Shown here: piece after piece, positions 1-9,109 of the stretch
Layout: each line of letters starts with the position of its first letter
Position numbering within the stretch: position 1 is the stretch's first letter
From: Frankiales bacterium
Lineage (GTDB): Bacteria; Actinomycetota; Actinomycetes; Mycobacteriales; SCTD01
Assembly: GCA_025966135.1 (NCBI GenBank)
Contig: JAOPVP010000038.1
Location: 309 to 64,308 of the forward strand
DNA length: 64,000 nt
Direction: 5' to 3'
Translations under genes and position numbers: made by a program
Notes under the pieces: model-generated
Seen by the model: the letters and a program-made list of their open reading frames with translations, nothing else
Told to the model about the DNA's origin: nothing
The model's database searches: none

Positions 1-884
1 CCTTCCGGGAGCAGTCCGCTGGGGCGCAGGCGCATCATCAAGACCAGCGCCGCGCCGTAGACGACGGCCTGCCAGGGGATGGCCGAGTCGCCAACAGCCT
101 GACGCAGCAGCGGCTCCAGCAGTCCGACGACGATCGCGGCGATGACGGTGCCCGTGAGGTTGCCGATACCGCCGAGGACCACGACCGAGACCACGAGGAT
201 CGACAGGTCGAGGGTGTAGTTGCCGGGCACGACAGAGCCGTAGTAGTACGCCGCCATCGCACCGACCGCACCGGCGATGGACGCGCTGATGCCGAAAGCC
301 AACAGCTCGGGTACGACGGGGTTCTTGCCGACGCTGGCGACCGCGGTGTCGTATTCGCGGATGCCCTTGAGGAGCCGGCCGAACGGCGACTCTCCGAGCG
401 CGGCGCAGATCGCGAGCGCCAGGAGCGCAACGACAAGCATGACCCAGAAGAACTGCTGGGGCTTGATCAGCGAGGTCCCGAACAGGCTGATCGGCGGGAT
501 CCCTGACAACCCGTAGGGACCGCCGGTCACGCCGTCGAGCACACCCATCAGCTGGTTGCCCACCAGCTGGAAGGCCAGGGTGAGAAGGATCAGGTACTCA
601 CCGCGGACCAGGCGCACGGCAGGCAGCGAGATGAGCAGCGCAGCGAGGAAGGCGACGACTGCCGCCACGAGCGCCGCGACCAGCCAGTTCCACCCGAGCC
701 CCGACGGTCCCCCCAAGCCCCCACCCGACGGGAGCACGAGCCGGGCAGCCGTGAAGCCGCCGATCCCGAAGAAGATGGCGTGCGCCATCGACACGCGACC
801 CGCGTAGCCCACGAGGAGGTTGAGCGACACCCCGAGTGCGATGTAGATGAGGATGGTGATGCCGATATCGGCGACATATGCCAT
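1..884 (-). CDS. Branched-chain amino acid ABC transporter permease (LivM-like), truncated by left window edge
   Basis: Not in the ORF track because there is no stop in the window. Manual translation from ATG 884 gives MAYVADIGITILIYIALGVSLNLLVGYAGRVSMAHAIFFGIGG...LVLMMRLRPSGLLPEG; it follows the LivH-like gene. Confidence 0.9.
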   Translation of the reverse strand, partial: MAYVADIGITILIYIALGVSLNLLVGYAGRVSMAHAIFFGIGGFTAARLVLPSGGGLGGPSGLGWNWLVAALVAAVVAFLAALLISLPAVRLVRGEYLILLTLAFQLVGNQLMGVLDGVTGGPYGLSGIPPISLFGTSLIKPQQFFWVMLVVALLALAICAALGESPFGRLLKGIREYDTAVASVGKNPVVPELLAFGISASIAGAVGAMAAYYYGSVVPGNYTLDLSILVVSVVVLGGIGNLTGTVIAAIVVGLLEPLLRQAVGDSAIPWQAVVYGAALVLMMRLRPSGLLPE

Positions 885-886
885 GA

Positions 887-1762
887 CTAAACAGCCGCCT
901 TCCCCAGCAGGCCCTGGGGCCGGACGAGCAGTACGAGGAACATCACGCCGAAGACCACGACCGGGCCGTAGTCGACCTGAAGGAACAGGGCGCTCCAGCC
1001 GCTCACGAGACCGAGCAGGATGCCGCCGAGCGCGGCGCCCCGAAGAGAGCCGATGCCACCGAGGAACGCGGCGATGAAACCGGTCAGGGTCGGCGCCAGT
1101 CCCATGGTCGGGGTCGCGACACCGTTGGTCGTGAACAGCAACCCAGCCACGGAGGCCAACGCGGATCCGATCCCGAGCACCGCCAGGTAGACGCGCCGGC
1201 TGTCGATGCCGACAGCGGCGGCCATCGTGGCGTTGGTCCGCATCGCCGTGATGGATCTACCGAACCGCGTCTTGTCGATGAACACGATGACGGCAACGAC
1301 GAGGACGAGCGCGATGATGAAGGCCAGTACGTCGTGCTGGGAGATCGTCACCGAGCCGATCTGGTGGGTCGGGTTCTTGTAGGCCGGCAGCGCCTTGTTG
1401 TCCGGGCCGAAGACGATCTGCAACAGGTTCGGGAACGCCACGCTGATGCCGAGCGACACCAGGAAGATCGTCAAAAGCGTGGCGTTCCGCCGGCGCATGG
1501 GCCGGTAGGCGAGCACCTCGATGAGCAGGCCAAACCCCGTACCCGCGACAAGCCCGAACGCACAGGCAGGTAGCAGGGGCAGTCCCCACTTCTGGGACGA
1601 CCACACAGCTGCGTAGGCAGCGGCGGCATAGGGGACGGCATTCGCGAGATGGAAGATCTTCGTCGTCGCATAGATGACGCCGAAGCTCACACCCAGGAGT
1701 GCATACGTCGCCCCCACGACCAGGCCCGACACCGTGAGCTGGGCGAGGAGTTGAAAGTCCAT
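887..1762 (-). CDS. Branched-chain amino acid ABC transporter permease (LivH-like)
   Basis: GLVVGATYALLGVSFGVIY...HLA, TRFGRSITA, LGGIGSLRGAALGG, VRPQGLLG motifs. Confidence 0.92.
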   Translation of the reverse strand: MDFQLLAQLTVSGLVVGATYALLGVSFGVIYATTKIFHLANAVPYAAAAYAAVWSSQKWGLPLLPACAFGLVAGTGFGLLIEVLAYRPMRRRNATLLTIFLVSLGISVAFPNLLQIVFGPDNKALPAYKNPTHQIGSVTISQHDVLAFIIALVLVVAVIVFIDKTRFGRSITAMRTNATMAAAVGIDSRRVYLAVLGIGSALASVAGLLFTTNGVATPTMGLAPTLTGFIAAFLGGIGSLRGAALGGILLGLVSGWSALFLQVDYGPVVVFGVMFLVLLVRPQGLLGKAAV

Positions 1763-1787
1763 CGAGTCTCTCCGGAAACCTGAGGGT

Positions 1788-3155
1788 CTAGACCAGGGCC
1801 TGACGGGGGTCCTGGCTGGCAGCGACCTTCTGGATCGCCTGGATCTTCACCGGTTGGCCGTTGACGACCTTGAAGACGCCCATCGGCTTGGAGATCGTGT
1901 GGTCGCTCGGGTTGAACACGACCTCGCCCGTCGTCCCCGCGCTGCCGCCGTAAAGGGACTTGAACTTCGGGTTCTTCTCCAGTGCAGCCTCCAGCGCCGT
2001 GGTGCTCGTCGGGTCTCCACCGTCGGCGATGACCCGGCGGACGAGCTCCCAGACGAAGAAGACCTCTTCGTAGTAGTTCGCGCCGTAGTACTCGGGGGCC
2101 TCGCCGTAGGCCTTCTTGTAGCCGTCGACGAAGATCTTGTTCCAGGGGTTCGGGTTGGTCGGGTCGTAGAAGTCGGTGGCGAAGTTGTAGCTGTCGTAGG
2201 TGCTCCCTGCGACCTTGGCCGCCTGAGCGGTGAACTCGATACCCATGATCGGCACCTTCACGTTCGCCTCACGCAGCTGCTTGACGAGGTAGCCGGGGTC
2301 ATCCCCGAAGCTGAAGGTGAGGATGGCGTCGGGGTTGCTCGCCTTGATGCGCGCGACCAGCGAGCTGAAGTCGGTCGCACCGACGTCGTGCTGCTCGTTG
2401 GCGACAACGCTGCCGCCGGTGAGCTTGGCCCAGGCGGCCGGGGCGATGACCTTGGCGCCCTGGACGCCGTTCTCCTTGGTGCCGATGATCGCGAGCCGCT
2501 TCGCGTTGGGGTAGGTCTTGGCGATCCAGGCGAGACCGCCGGGGCACGGGTCGTCGCCGAAGATCATGCGGGTCTGCCAGAGGAAGGGCTTGCCGACCTG
2601 GCCCGGGCTGGAGCCACCGCCGTTGAAGGAGAGCAGCTTGTTCTGGGCGATGAGGGGCACGATGGCCTCGCTCGGTGCGCCGTACGACGTCTGCAGGATC
2701 TTGATGTTGTTCTGCGACAGCATCTGCCGGGTGCCGCTGAGCGCAGCGGGCACCGAGCCGCTCTTGTGGTCGGCGATGGTGATGCGGTAGTCGATGCCGT
2801 TGGCGGCCTTGATCTGCGCCGCGGCCAGCTTGGCGCCCGAGCTCATGACCTTGCCGAAGAAGGAGCCCTGGCCGGTCATGGCGAGGAGCATGCCCGCGGG
2901 CACGACCACGCCGGCGCCCCCCGGCTTGCCGCCGGGGCCAAAGATCGTCGTGAGTCCCTGCGCCGCTGCGGCGTCCGCCGCGCTCAGGGTCGGCGCCGAG
3001 CTGCCCGTCGAGGACTTCGACGACGAGCCGCCGCAGGCCGCGAGCAGCCCCGCGAGACCAGCCAGCCCTCCCGCGGCCAGCAGGTTACGGCGCGAAAGAC
3101 TCGCGTCGCCGAGGGACCGCAGCCCCTCGCGGGCGAACTCGCGACGATCATTCAT
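1788..3155 (-). CDS. ABC substrate-binding lipoprotein (LivJ/K-type) with Tat signal
   Basis: SRRNLL twin-arginine motif followed by LLAAC lipobox; DFSSLVARIKASNPDAI motif. Start set at ATG 3155. Confidence 0.88.
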   Translation of the reverse strand: MNDRREFAREGLRSLGDASLSRRNLLAAGGLAGLAGLLAACGGSSSKSSTGSSAPTLSAADAAAAQGLTTIFGPGGKPGGAGVVVPAGMLLAMTGQGSFFGKVMSSGAKLAAAQIKAANGIDYRITIADHKSGSVPAALSGTRQMLSQNNIKILQTSYGAPSEAIVPLIAQNKLLSFNGGGSSPGQVGKPFLWQTRMIFGDDPCPGGLAWIAKTYPNAKRLAIIGTKENGVQGAKVIAPAAWAKLTGGSVVANEQHDVGATDFSSLVARIKASNPDAILTFSFGDDPGYLVKQLREANVKVPIMGIEFTAQAAKVAGSTYDSYNFATDFYDPTNPNPWNKIFVDGYKKAYGEAPEYYGANYYEEVFFVWELVRRVIADGGDPTSTTALEAALEKNPKFKSLYGGSAGTTGEVVFNPSDHTISKPMGVFKVVNGQPVKIQAIQKVAASQDPRQALV

Positions 3156-3227
3156 CTCATTTCTCGCTTTCGTAGAAGGCACGGGTTGACGGGCAGAACG
3201 GCGACTCAGTGCGGCGGAGGCGGGGCG

Positions 3228-4007
3228 TCAAGCCACGCCGCCATCGACGATCAAGACCTGGCCTGTCATGTACGACGAGGCGTCGGAGACCAGGTAGAGA
3301 ACGCTGGAGGCGATCTCCTCAGAGGAGCCCTGACGACCGAGCGGGACGATCTCGCTGACGGCCTTCTCCTGGGCTTCCCGGCCACCCATGAAGCTGATGG
3401 CTGGTTGGTTGAACGGCGTGTCGATCCAACCGGGGCAGATGGTGTTGACCCGGATCTGGTCGGGCGCCAGCTCCGCGGCGAGCGCCCGGCCGAAGCCGAC
3501 GATGGCGCCCTTCGACGCCGAGTAGGCCGTCATGCCGGGGCCGCCCTTCACTGCGGCGAGGGAGGCGGTGAGAGCGATGACGCCTCCCCCGGACTGCTTG
3601 AGGTACGGAACGACGTGCTTCGCCCCGAGGAAGCAGTGCCGCGGGTTGACGGTGAACAACGCGTCCCAGTCCTGGGCCTCGAAGTCCGTCACGCGACCCG
3701 AGCGCTGCAGGCCCGCGTTGAAGAAGGCGATGTCGATGCCCCCGAGGCGCTCTGCGGCCGTGGCCGTGAGGTTGGCGACGGCCTCCTCGCTCGAGACATC
3801 GGTCTTGACGACGAACGCCTCGCCTCCCTCGGCCTCGATGAGGCGAACGGTCTCCTCGGCACCGGACACATCCAGGTCACCGATGGCGATACGGGCTCCG
3901 TGCTGGGCGAGCAGGATCGCCGTGGCCCGCCCGATGTTGCCGGCTGCGCCGGTCATGACGACGCGCTTGCCTACCAGCTGCCTGAGGTCTGTCATGGCCG
4001 ACGTCAC
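3228..4007 (-). CDS. Short-chain dehydrogenase/reductase (SDR)
   Basis: TGAAGNIG, NAG, YSASK catalytic motif, RVNTICPG, VDGG terminus. Confidence 0.95.
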   Translation of the reverse strand: MTSAMTDLRQLVGKRVVMTGAAGNIGRATAILLAQHGARIAIGDLDVSGAEETVRLIEAEGGEAFVVKTDVSSEEAVANLTATAAERLGGIDIAFFNAGLQRSGRVTDFEAQDWDALFTVNPRHCFLGAKHVVPYLKQSGGGVIALTASLAAVKGGPGMTAYSASKGAIVGFGRALAAELAPDQIRVNTICPGWIDTPFNQPAISFMGGREAQEKAVSEIVPLGRQGSSEEIASSVLYLVSDASSYMTGQVLIVDGGVA

Positions 4008-4420
4008 TGAGCGATGGCGGCCGCACCGGCCGTGGCGATCTCGTGGTCCTGGTCGGGCGAGCCGCCCGCCACACCGACCGCGCCGACGACCTTGCCGTCG
4101 ACGGTGATCGGAACACCGCCGCCGAACGTGACGAGCGCCCGACCGGCCGCGAGGTGCGCGACCTGCAGCCCGAACAGGGGGGCTCCCGGCTGGGCCGCTC
4201 CCTCTACGTCCTTCGTCGCGCAGTTGAGGGAGCGCGAGGTGTAGGCCTTGGCCTGAGAGATGGCGACGCTGGCAAGCAGCGCGTCGTCCATGCGAACGAA
4301 CGCGAGCAGCTCGCGACCCTCGTCCAAGACCGAGATCGAGGAGGGTGAGCCGATCTCGCGTGCCTTGGCGAGGGCCGCCTCGACCACCGCGTTGGCCGCG
4401 TCAAGCGTCAGTGATGCCAC
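4004..4420 (-). CDS. GlcG/HbpS (DUF336) heme-binding family protein
   Basis: VRMDDA, AKAYTS, FGGGVPI...VVGAVGVAGG..DQD motifs. Confidence 0.9.
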   Translation of the reverse strand: MASLTLDAANAVVEAALAKAREIGSPSSISVLDEGRELLAFVRMDDALLASVAISQAKAYTSRSLNCATKDVEGAAQPGAPLFGLQVAHLAAGRALVTFGGGVPITVDGKVVGAVGVAGGSPDQDHEIATAGAAAIAQ

Positions 4421-4447
4421 AGGGTTCTCCTTCGTGATGATTCGGGA

Positions 4448-5254
4448 TTAGAAGTTGGTCGAGAGCGCGATCGGTCGCACGGGAGAGCCAGTCACTCCGC
4501 GCAACTTCATGGGCAGGCAGACGAAGACGAACTCGTGGCAGCCGGCCGACGCGAGCCCCTCGAGGAACAGGTTCTCGACGATGTAGATCCCGGCCTCGAT
4601 GATGAGGACGGTGTGAGAGGGCAACGAGCCCAGCTCGGGGTCGACGTTTGGGTGGTAGTCGAAGGCGACGTTGTCGGCGCCGCAGAGGAAGGGCTCCCGG
4701 GCCGCGAGCCACCGGGCGCCGTCGGCCCCGACCCCGGCGCCCTCCAGGTACGACTCAGGGTCGTTGAAGATCGCACCTGTCCCGGTCCGTACCAGCAAGC
4801 AGTCACCGGGACGAACGGTGAGCTGCTGCGCATCGACGGCGGCCTGCAGGTCGTCGCCCGTCACGAGATAGCCGGCCGGGAGGCGGTCCACGCCCTTGGC
4901 CGCGGCCACGTCCAGCAGCAGCCCGCGCCGCAGGATCGGCCCGATCTGCTCGGCGCCGAGCTCGGTGAAGCCGGTCGGGGTCTGCACGGAGGAGTCAACG
5001 GAGACGCCCCCGAACATCTCCATCTCGAGCGCCTGGTGACACAGGGCGTCGATGTGCGTGCCCGAGTGCTCCGCCATGGTGATCGTGCCGGACGCGCTCG
5101 TCCGACCCAGACCCGGCTCGTGACGGCGGTGCAGCGTGTAGAGGAAGCCAGGCCAGTGACCCGAGAAGATCGGGGCCCCGATGTACCGGTCGTGCTCGAG
5201 CTCGAACACAGTTGCCGCGCACAGCCGCTCAAGAAGGTCGTCGACGCCGCTCAC
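4448..5254 (-). CDS. Cyclase family metallohydrolase (kynurenine formamidase/isatin hydrolase-like)
   Basis: HSGTHIDA (HxGTHxD), LLVRTG, IVENL, GSPVRPIA. Confidence 0.92.
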   Translation of the reverse strand: MSGVDDLLERLCAATVFELEHDRYIGAPIFSGHWPGFLYTLHRRHEPGLGRTSASGTITMAEHSGTHIDALCHQALEMEMFGGVSVDSSVQTPTGFTELGAEQIGPILRRGLLLDVAAAKGVDRLPAGYLVTGDDLQAAVDAQQLTVRPGDCLLVRTGTGAIFNDPESYLEGAGVGADGARWLAAREPFLCGADNVAFDYHPNVDPELGSLPSHTVLIIEAGIYIVENLFLEGLASAGCHEFVFVCLPMKLRGVTGSPVRPIALSTNF

Positions 5255-5451
5255 GAAGGCTGCTCCCCGGGAAGCCCCAGAGCGGTCCCGGCTCGGAACC
5301 AGTCTCCACCGGCAACGCTGTTGATGAGCACCTGCACGCGCTCCGGGTCGGAGCCCAGCGACCGCTCGACGGCGGCTGTCAGCTCGCGTGCGAGGGTGGA
5401 TTTGACTTCCTCAGAGCGCCCCTCCAAGAGGTACACCTGGATGACCGGCAC
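5251..5451 (-). CDS. 4-oxalocrotonate tautomerase family protein
   Basis: GTG at 5451 after RBS GGGAGG gives (M)PVIQVYLLEGRSEEVK...VQVLI, i.e. catalytic Pro-1 and Arg-11; 66 aa. Confidence 0.88.
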   Translation of the reverse strand: MPVIQVYLLEGRSEEVKSTLARELTAAVERSLGSDPERVQVLINSVAGGDWFRAGTALGLPGEQPS

Positions 5452-5496
5452 CCCGATCCTCCCTTCCATCGTCTGTGTTGCGTCGATCGTCTCGGC

Positions 5497-5530
5497 GTTT
5501 CGGCATAGTAAACACAGTCCGCACTGCGGA
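5497..5530. promoter_or_regulatory. Palindromic operator (IclR-like) upstream of the tautomerase operon
   Basis: TCCGCA-C-TGCGGA at 5518-5530 plus a weaker GTTTCGGCATAGTAAAC at 5497-5513. Confidence 0.45.
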
Positions 5531-5758
5531 ACAAGGCCTTTCGAGCGTGTTGCAGCAGATCGGGGTCCAAATGGACCTCGTCCACAGCCCTTTTGCGGCC
5601 TCTGCTCTGCTGCGCGGGGACGTCTCGGACGACGAAAGCGACCGCTGCGGCTCGTCCACGTCGCGCTCGAGGAGTACCGGCGGGCCCGTCGTTCCGGTGA
5701 CGCAAGGGCGCTGGCGTAACCACAGATCCCCACAGCTGCGAAAGAATGTCCGGGTTAG

Positions 5759-5786
5759 TGCAACCGGGCCTCGTCACCGCGCGTGT
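5759..5786 (+). promoter_or_regulatory. Putative ECF (SigE-type) autoregulatory promoter
   Basis: TGCAAC-N17-CGTGT about 40 nt upstream of the ECF sigma start. Confidence 0.45.
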
Positions 5787-5825
5787 AACGGGCAAGTGGC
5801 GCCGTACCGCTTCGGAGGGAGACCG

Positions 5826-6347
5826 GTGGAGACGTCGGGGGGGCGCACCGGGTGCGCTGCGGATGACGACTTCGACGCGTTCTACGCCGCGTCGTCGCGG
5901 GGGCTGCTCTCGCAGTTGTACGGGCTGACGGGCGACTGGGCCGAGGCTCAGGACTGCCTGCAGGAGGCGTACGCGCGGGCCTGGCAGCGCTGGTCCAGCG
6001 TTCGCGACCTCGATGCCCCTGTCGCGTGGGTGCGTGTCGTGGCCTTTCGCCTCGCGCGCAGCCGCTGGCGCCGGACGCAGCAGGGCCTGCGTCTGCACCG
6101 CGCCAACCCGACGCCCAGGTCGATCGCGGGGCCGTCGCCGGACGCGGTCGCTATCGCCTCCGCCCTCCGCAGGCTTCCCGAGGCGCAGCGCCGCGCGCTC
6201 GTCCTCCACCACCTCGGCGACCTGTCCGTCACCGAGGTCGCCCGCGAGACGGGCGTCCCGGAGGGAACGGTGAAGGCCCGCCTGTCGCGCGGCCGCGCTG
6301 CCCTCGCCGGGCTGCTTGGTGACGACATGGAGACCTCCCGTGGATGA
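5826..6347 (+). CDS. ECF RNA polymerase sigma factor (SigE family)
   Basis: FDAFYAA...AQDCLQEAYARAW (region 2) and LPEAQRRALVLHH...VPEGTVKARLSRGR (region 4); GTG 5826 after GGAGGGA. Confidence 0.93.
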   Translation: METSGGRTGCAADDDFDAFYAASSRGLLSQLYGLTGDWAEAQDCLQEAYARAWQRWSSVRDLDAPVAWVRVVAFRLARSRWRRTQQGLRLHRANPTPRSIAGPSPDAVAIASALRRLPEAQRRALVLHHLGDLSVTEVARETGVPEGTVKARLSRGRAALAGLLGDDMETSRG

Positions 6348-7329
6348 CTTCTTCGACGGCCTGCGAGCTGTTGGCGACCAGGCCGTCCTGCCGACCGCGG
6401 ACACGGTGCGGGCTCGCGGACGCCAGCGGCAGCTGCGGAAGCGAGCCCTGTACGGCGTGACGGCAGCCGCTGTTCTCGTCGCGGGCGTGACTGCCGGTGC
6501 CGCCCTGGCAGGCGGTGGCACGGACCGGGCTGTCGTCGTCCCGTCCACCCAGACGCCCACGGCGGCTCCGACCGCGTCTCCCACCCCGCCAGTCGGGCCG
6601 ACCGCCGTACCGTCCCACCGTGTTGTGCTGCCGACGGCGACGCACGTGCCCGCGCCGCCACCGGTGTGCCAGGGCGTCGCCGACTGCCACGTCGACGGCA
6701 CGGCTGATATGGATGCCGACGGGGTCCAGGACACGATCGCCGTCGTCGGTCACCCGAAGCAGGACATGTACGGCGGCTACTACTGGCAGTCGGCACCTGC
6801 CCCGGCGCCCGTGCTGCGATTGCGGACCGCGACCGCGATCTTCACCTACCGGGTGCGGCTCGACGGCCCCGCCTTCGGGCACGTCGTGCTCGGCGCCGCC
6901 CATGTCGACGGGGTGGCCGGTCAGGAGGTCCTTGTCGGGTTCCTTGACGGCGCGCACGGCTACGAGGCGACCATGGTGACCCTCCGCGGAGGCCAGCTTG
7001 TTGCCCTCCCCGCCCCCAACCCGTACCGGCTGGACCTGCCGCGCGAGGGCAGCTGGGGATCAGATGGCTCGCTCAGCCACAACATGGGTTGGCACTGCGT
7101 CAGCCCCGGCGTGGTGGAGCAGTACGAGTCCTTCAGCTCTGGTCCAGCGGGCACCGGGACCTACACGTGGACCCGCCAGCGCTGGCGCTGGTCGAGCGAC
7201 CACTGGGTCAAGGCCGGCGCCCTCGTCACGACGCACCGGGCTCCGCCGGCGTCCACGGCGAAGCGCTACTCGGGCTGGACCGGGTGCGGCACGGTCACCG
7301 AGGAGCGGCCATACGTTGGCACGCCCTGA
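6340..7329 (+). CDS. Membrane-anchored ECF partner (putative anti-sigma factor) with extracytoplasmic domain
   Basis: Overlaps the sigma stop; VRARGRQRQLRKR then one TM helix, a Pro/Thr linker and a DMDADGVQD loop. Confidence 0.7.
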   Translation: MDDFFDGLRAVGDQAVLPTADTVRARGRQRQLRKRALYGVTAAAVLVAGVTAGAALAGGGTDRAVVVPSTQTPTAAPTASPTPPVGPTAVPSHRVVLPTATHVPAPPPVCQGVADCHVDGTADMDADGVQDTIAVVGHPKQDMYGGYYWQSAPAPAPVLRLRTATAIFTYRVRLDGPAFGHVVLGAAHVDGVAGQEVLVGFLDGAHGYEATMVTLRGGQLVALPAPNPYRLDLPREGSWGSDGSLSHNMGWHCVSPGVVEQYESFSSGPAGTGTYTWTRQRWRWSSDHWVKAGALVTTHRAPPASTAKRYSGWTGCGTVTEERPYVGTP

Positions 7330-7506
7330 CGAGGTCGCCGAGAGGGGCGCCAGAAGAACCCCTCGACGGGGCATCCAGCGTGGAGAGCCGCCCGCTCCGG
7401 TGATGGGCGCGACCAGCTCGGCTCGATGATCGCCGGAGTACCCGACGAGAAGGACCTTGCAGCCCGACATCGGACCCTCGCCGTTGGCCCGGACTGCCGA
7501 CGACCG

Positions 7507-9027
7507 CTACTGCCAGGGCGAGCGCCAAGGCTGCACTGCCGTCCACACGCTCTTGACCCGCATGAACTGGGCGATTGCTTCATCACCCATCTCCAGGCCG
7601 ACCCCGCTGGCCTTGTAGCCGCCGTAGGGCGATCCCGGGTGGAGGACGTGCACGCAGTTGACCCAGACCAGGCCGGCCTGAAGAACTGGTCCGAGGCGGG
7701 CCGCGCGGGCGCCGTCGCGCGTCCAGACGGAGGCAGCCAGGCCATACTCGGTGTCGTTCGCCATGGCTATTGCTTGTTCTTCGTCGTCGAACGTGAAGAC
7801 GGAGAGAACCGGGCCGAAGACCTCTTCGCGGGCGATCTTCATCTCCGCCGTGACGTTGGCGAACACAACCGGCTCGTGGAACCAGCCTGTCGTCGGCACG
7901 TGGCCCGGCGTGTTCAGCCGATGCGCTCCGTCCGAGACGGCCGACTCGACATAGCCCCGGACGGTTTGGAGCTGACGTTCCGAGACGATCGGGCCGAGAT
8001 CGGTGGTGTCGTCCAGAGGGTCACCGATGCGCAGCCTTCCGACCCGCTGGCGTACCAGCTCGAGGAACTCCTCCGCCACGGAGGCGTGCACCAGCAGGCG
8101 CGTACCTGCGGTGCAGGTCTGGCCCGCGTTGAGAAACGCCGTGAACGTGGCGGCGTCGGCGGCGGCGGCAAGGTCGGCATCGGGAAAGACCAGGAACGGG
8201 CTCTTCCCCCCGAGTTCCAAGCTGACGGACTTGAGCAACGCCCCGCAGCGTCCGCCGATGAGCTTGCCCACGGTGGTGGAGCCGGTGAACGCGACCTTCT
8301 CCACGGCGGGGTGTTCCACGAGCGCACTGCCGGTGGTCTCGCCCGGTCCGTTGAGCACACTGACCAGCCCGGCGGGCAGTCCGGCCCTGTGCAGGATCTG
8401 ACCGAGGAGCAGCGCGGACAGCGGCGACTCCTCAGCCGGCTTGAGCACGACCGCGTTGCCGGTGGCCAGCGCCGGGGCGAGCTTCGTGGCGGCGTTCGTC
8501 AACGGGTAGTTCCATGGTGTGATGGCCGCCACCACGCCGTAGGGCTCACGGACGACGACGTTGCTGAACCCGGGCTGCACAGGGACGGCCGCTCCCCGCA
8601 ACCGATCGGTGGTGCCCGCCCAGAACTCGAAGAGCCTCGCCGCCCGCTCGACGTCTCGGGCGACCGTGTCCCTGATCGGGCGACCCACGTCCAAGGTGTC
8701 GGCCAGGCCCAACGTGTCTGCGTGACTGCGGATCTCGTCGGCCACCCCTCGGAGCAGCCGTGCCCGATCCTGCCCATCCATCCGCCACCAGGCAGCGGCG
8801 GCATCCACGGCCGCGCCGACGGCGCGCTCGACTTGCCGCGGTCCGGCGATGGACACCGCCATCAACGCGGTCCCACTGGCCGGGTCGATGGTGTCGAAGG
8901 CCCCGTCCCCATCCGTGGCCCACTCCCCAGCCACCAGGTTGGGGATCGGCTCGCTCGGGTCTCCGGGGAAGTGACGGCGTAGCTCTCGACCGGCTTGAGC
9001 ATGACGCTCGACGAGATCTGTTGCCAC
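7507..9027 (-). CDS. Aldehyde dehydrogenase
   Basis: ITPWNYP, FTGST, ELGGKSP, NAGQTC, EEVFGP; GTG 9027 after AAGGAG. Confidence 0.95.
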   Translation of the reverse strand: MATDLVERHAQAGRELRRHFPGDPSEPIPNLVAGEWATDGDGAFDTIDPASGTALMAVSIAGPRQVERAVGAAVDAAAAWWRMDGQDRARLLRGVADEIRSHADTLGLADTLDVGRPIRDTVARDVERAARLFEFWAGTTDRLRGAAVPVQPGFSNVVVREPYGVVAAITPWNYPLTNAATKLAPALATGNAVVLKPAEESPLSALLLGQILHRAGLPAGLVSVLNGPGETTGSALVEHPAVEKVAFTGSTTVGKLIGGRCGALLKSVSLELGGKSPFLVFPDADLAAAADAATFTAFLNAGQTCTAGTRLLVHASVAEEFLELVRQRVGRLRIGDPLDDTTDLGPIVSERQLQTVRGYVESAVSDGAHRLNTPGHVPTTGWFHEPVVFANVTAEMKIAREEVFGPVLSVFTFDDEEQAIAMANDTEYGLAASVWTRDGARAARLGPVLQAGLVWVNCVHVLHPGSPYGGYKASGVGLEMGDEAIAQFMRVKSVWTAVQPWRSPWQ

Positions 9028-9050
9028 GGGGACTCCTTCTAGGGTTGGTG

Positions 9051-9098
9051 CGTACCCTGCCCGACCGGCCGGGGCAGGGACCGGTCGGGCAGGGCACG
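9051..9098 (-). other. Intergenic stem-loop between the SBP and ALDH genes
   Basis: Perfect 14-bp inverted repeat CCCTGCCCGACCGG (9055-9068) / CCGGTCGGGCAGGG (9081-9094); extends to 18 bp with one G-U pair on the minus-strand RNA. Confidence 0.7.
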
Positions 9099-9109
9099 TC
9101 TGCGGTGAC

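Noticed and set aside
1854-4010. 718-aa plus-strand ORF, and similar long antisense ORFs such as 7426..8982, 11214..12803, 45097..46419 and 52395..54092
   Set aside because: Shadow ORFs opposite well-supported genes.
5475-5825. Long N-terminal extensions in the ORF track (sigma factor, tautomerase, SBP 9110..10738, ATPase, MFS 18145)
   Set aside because: They overlap neighbouring genes or promoters. Downstream starts with an RBS give family-typical lengths.
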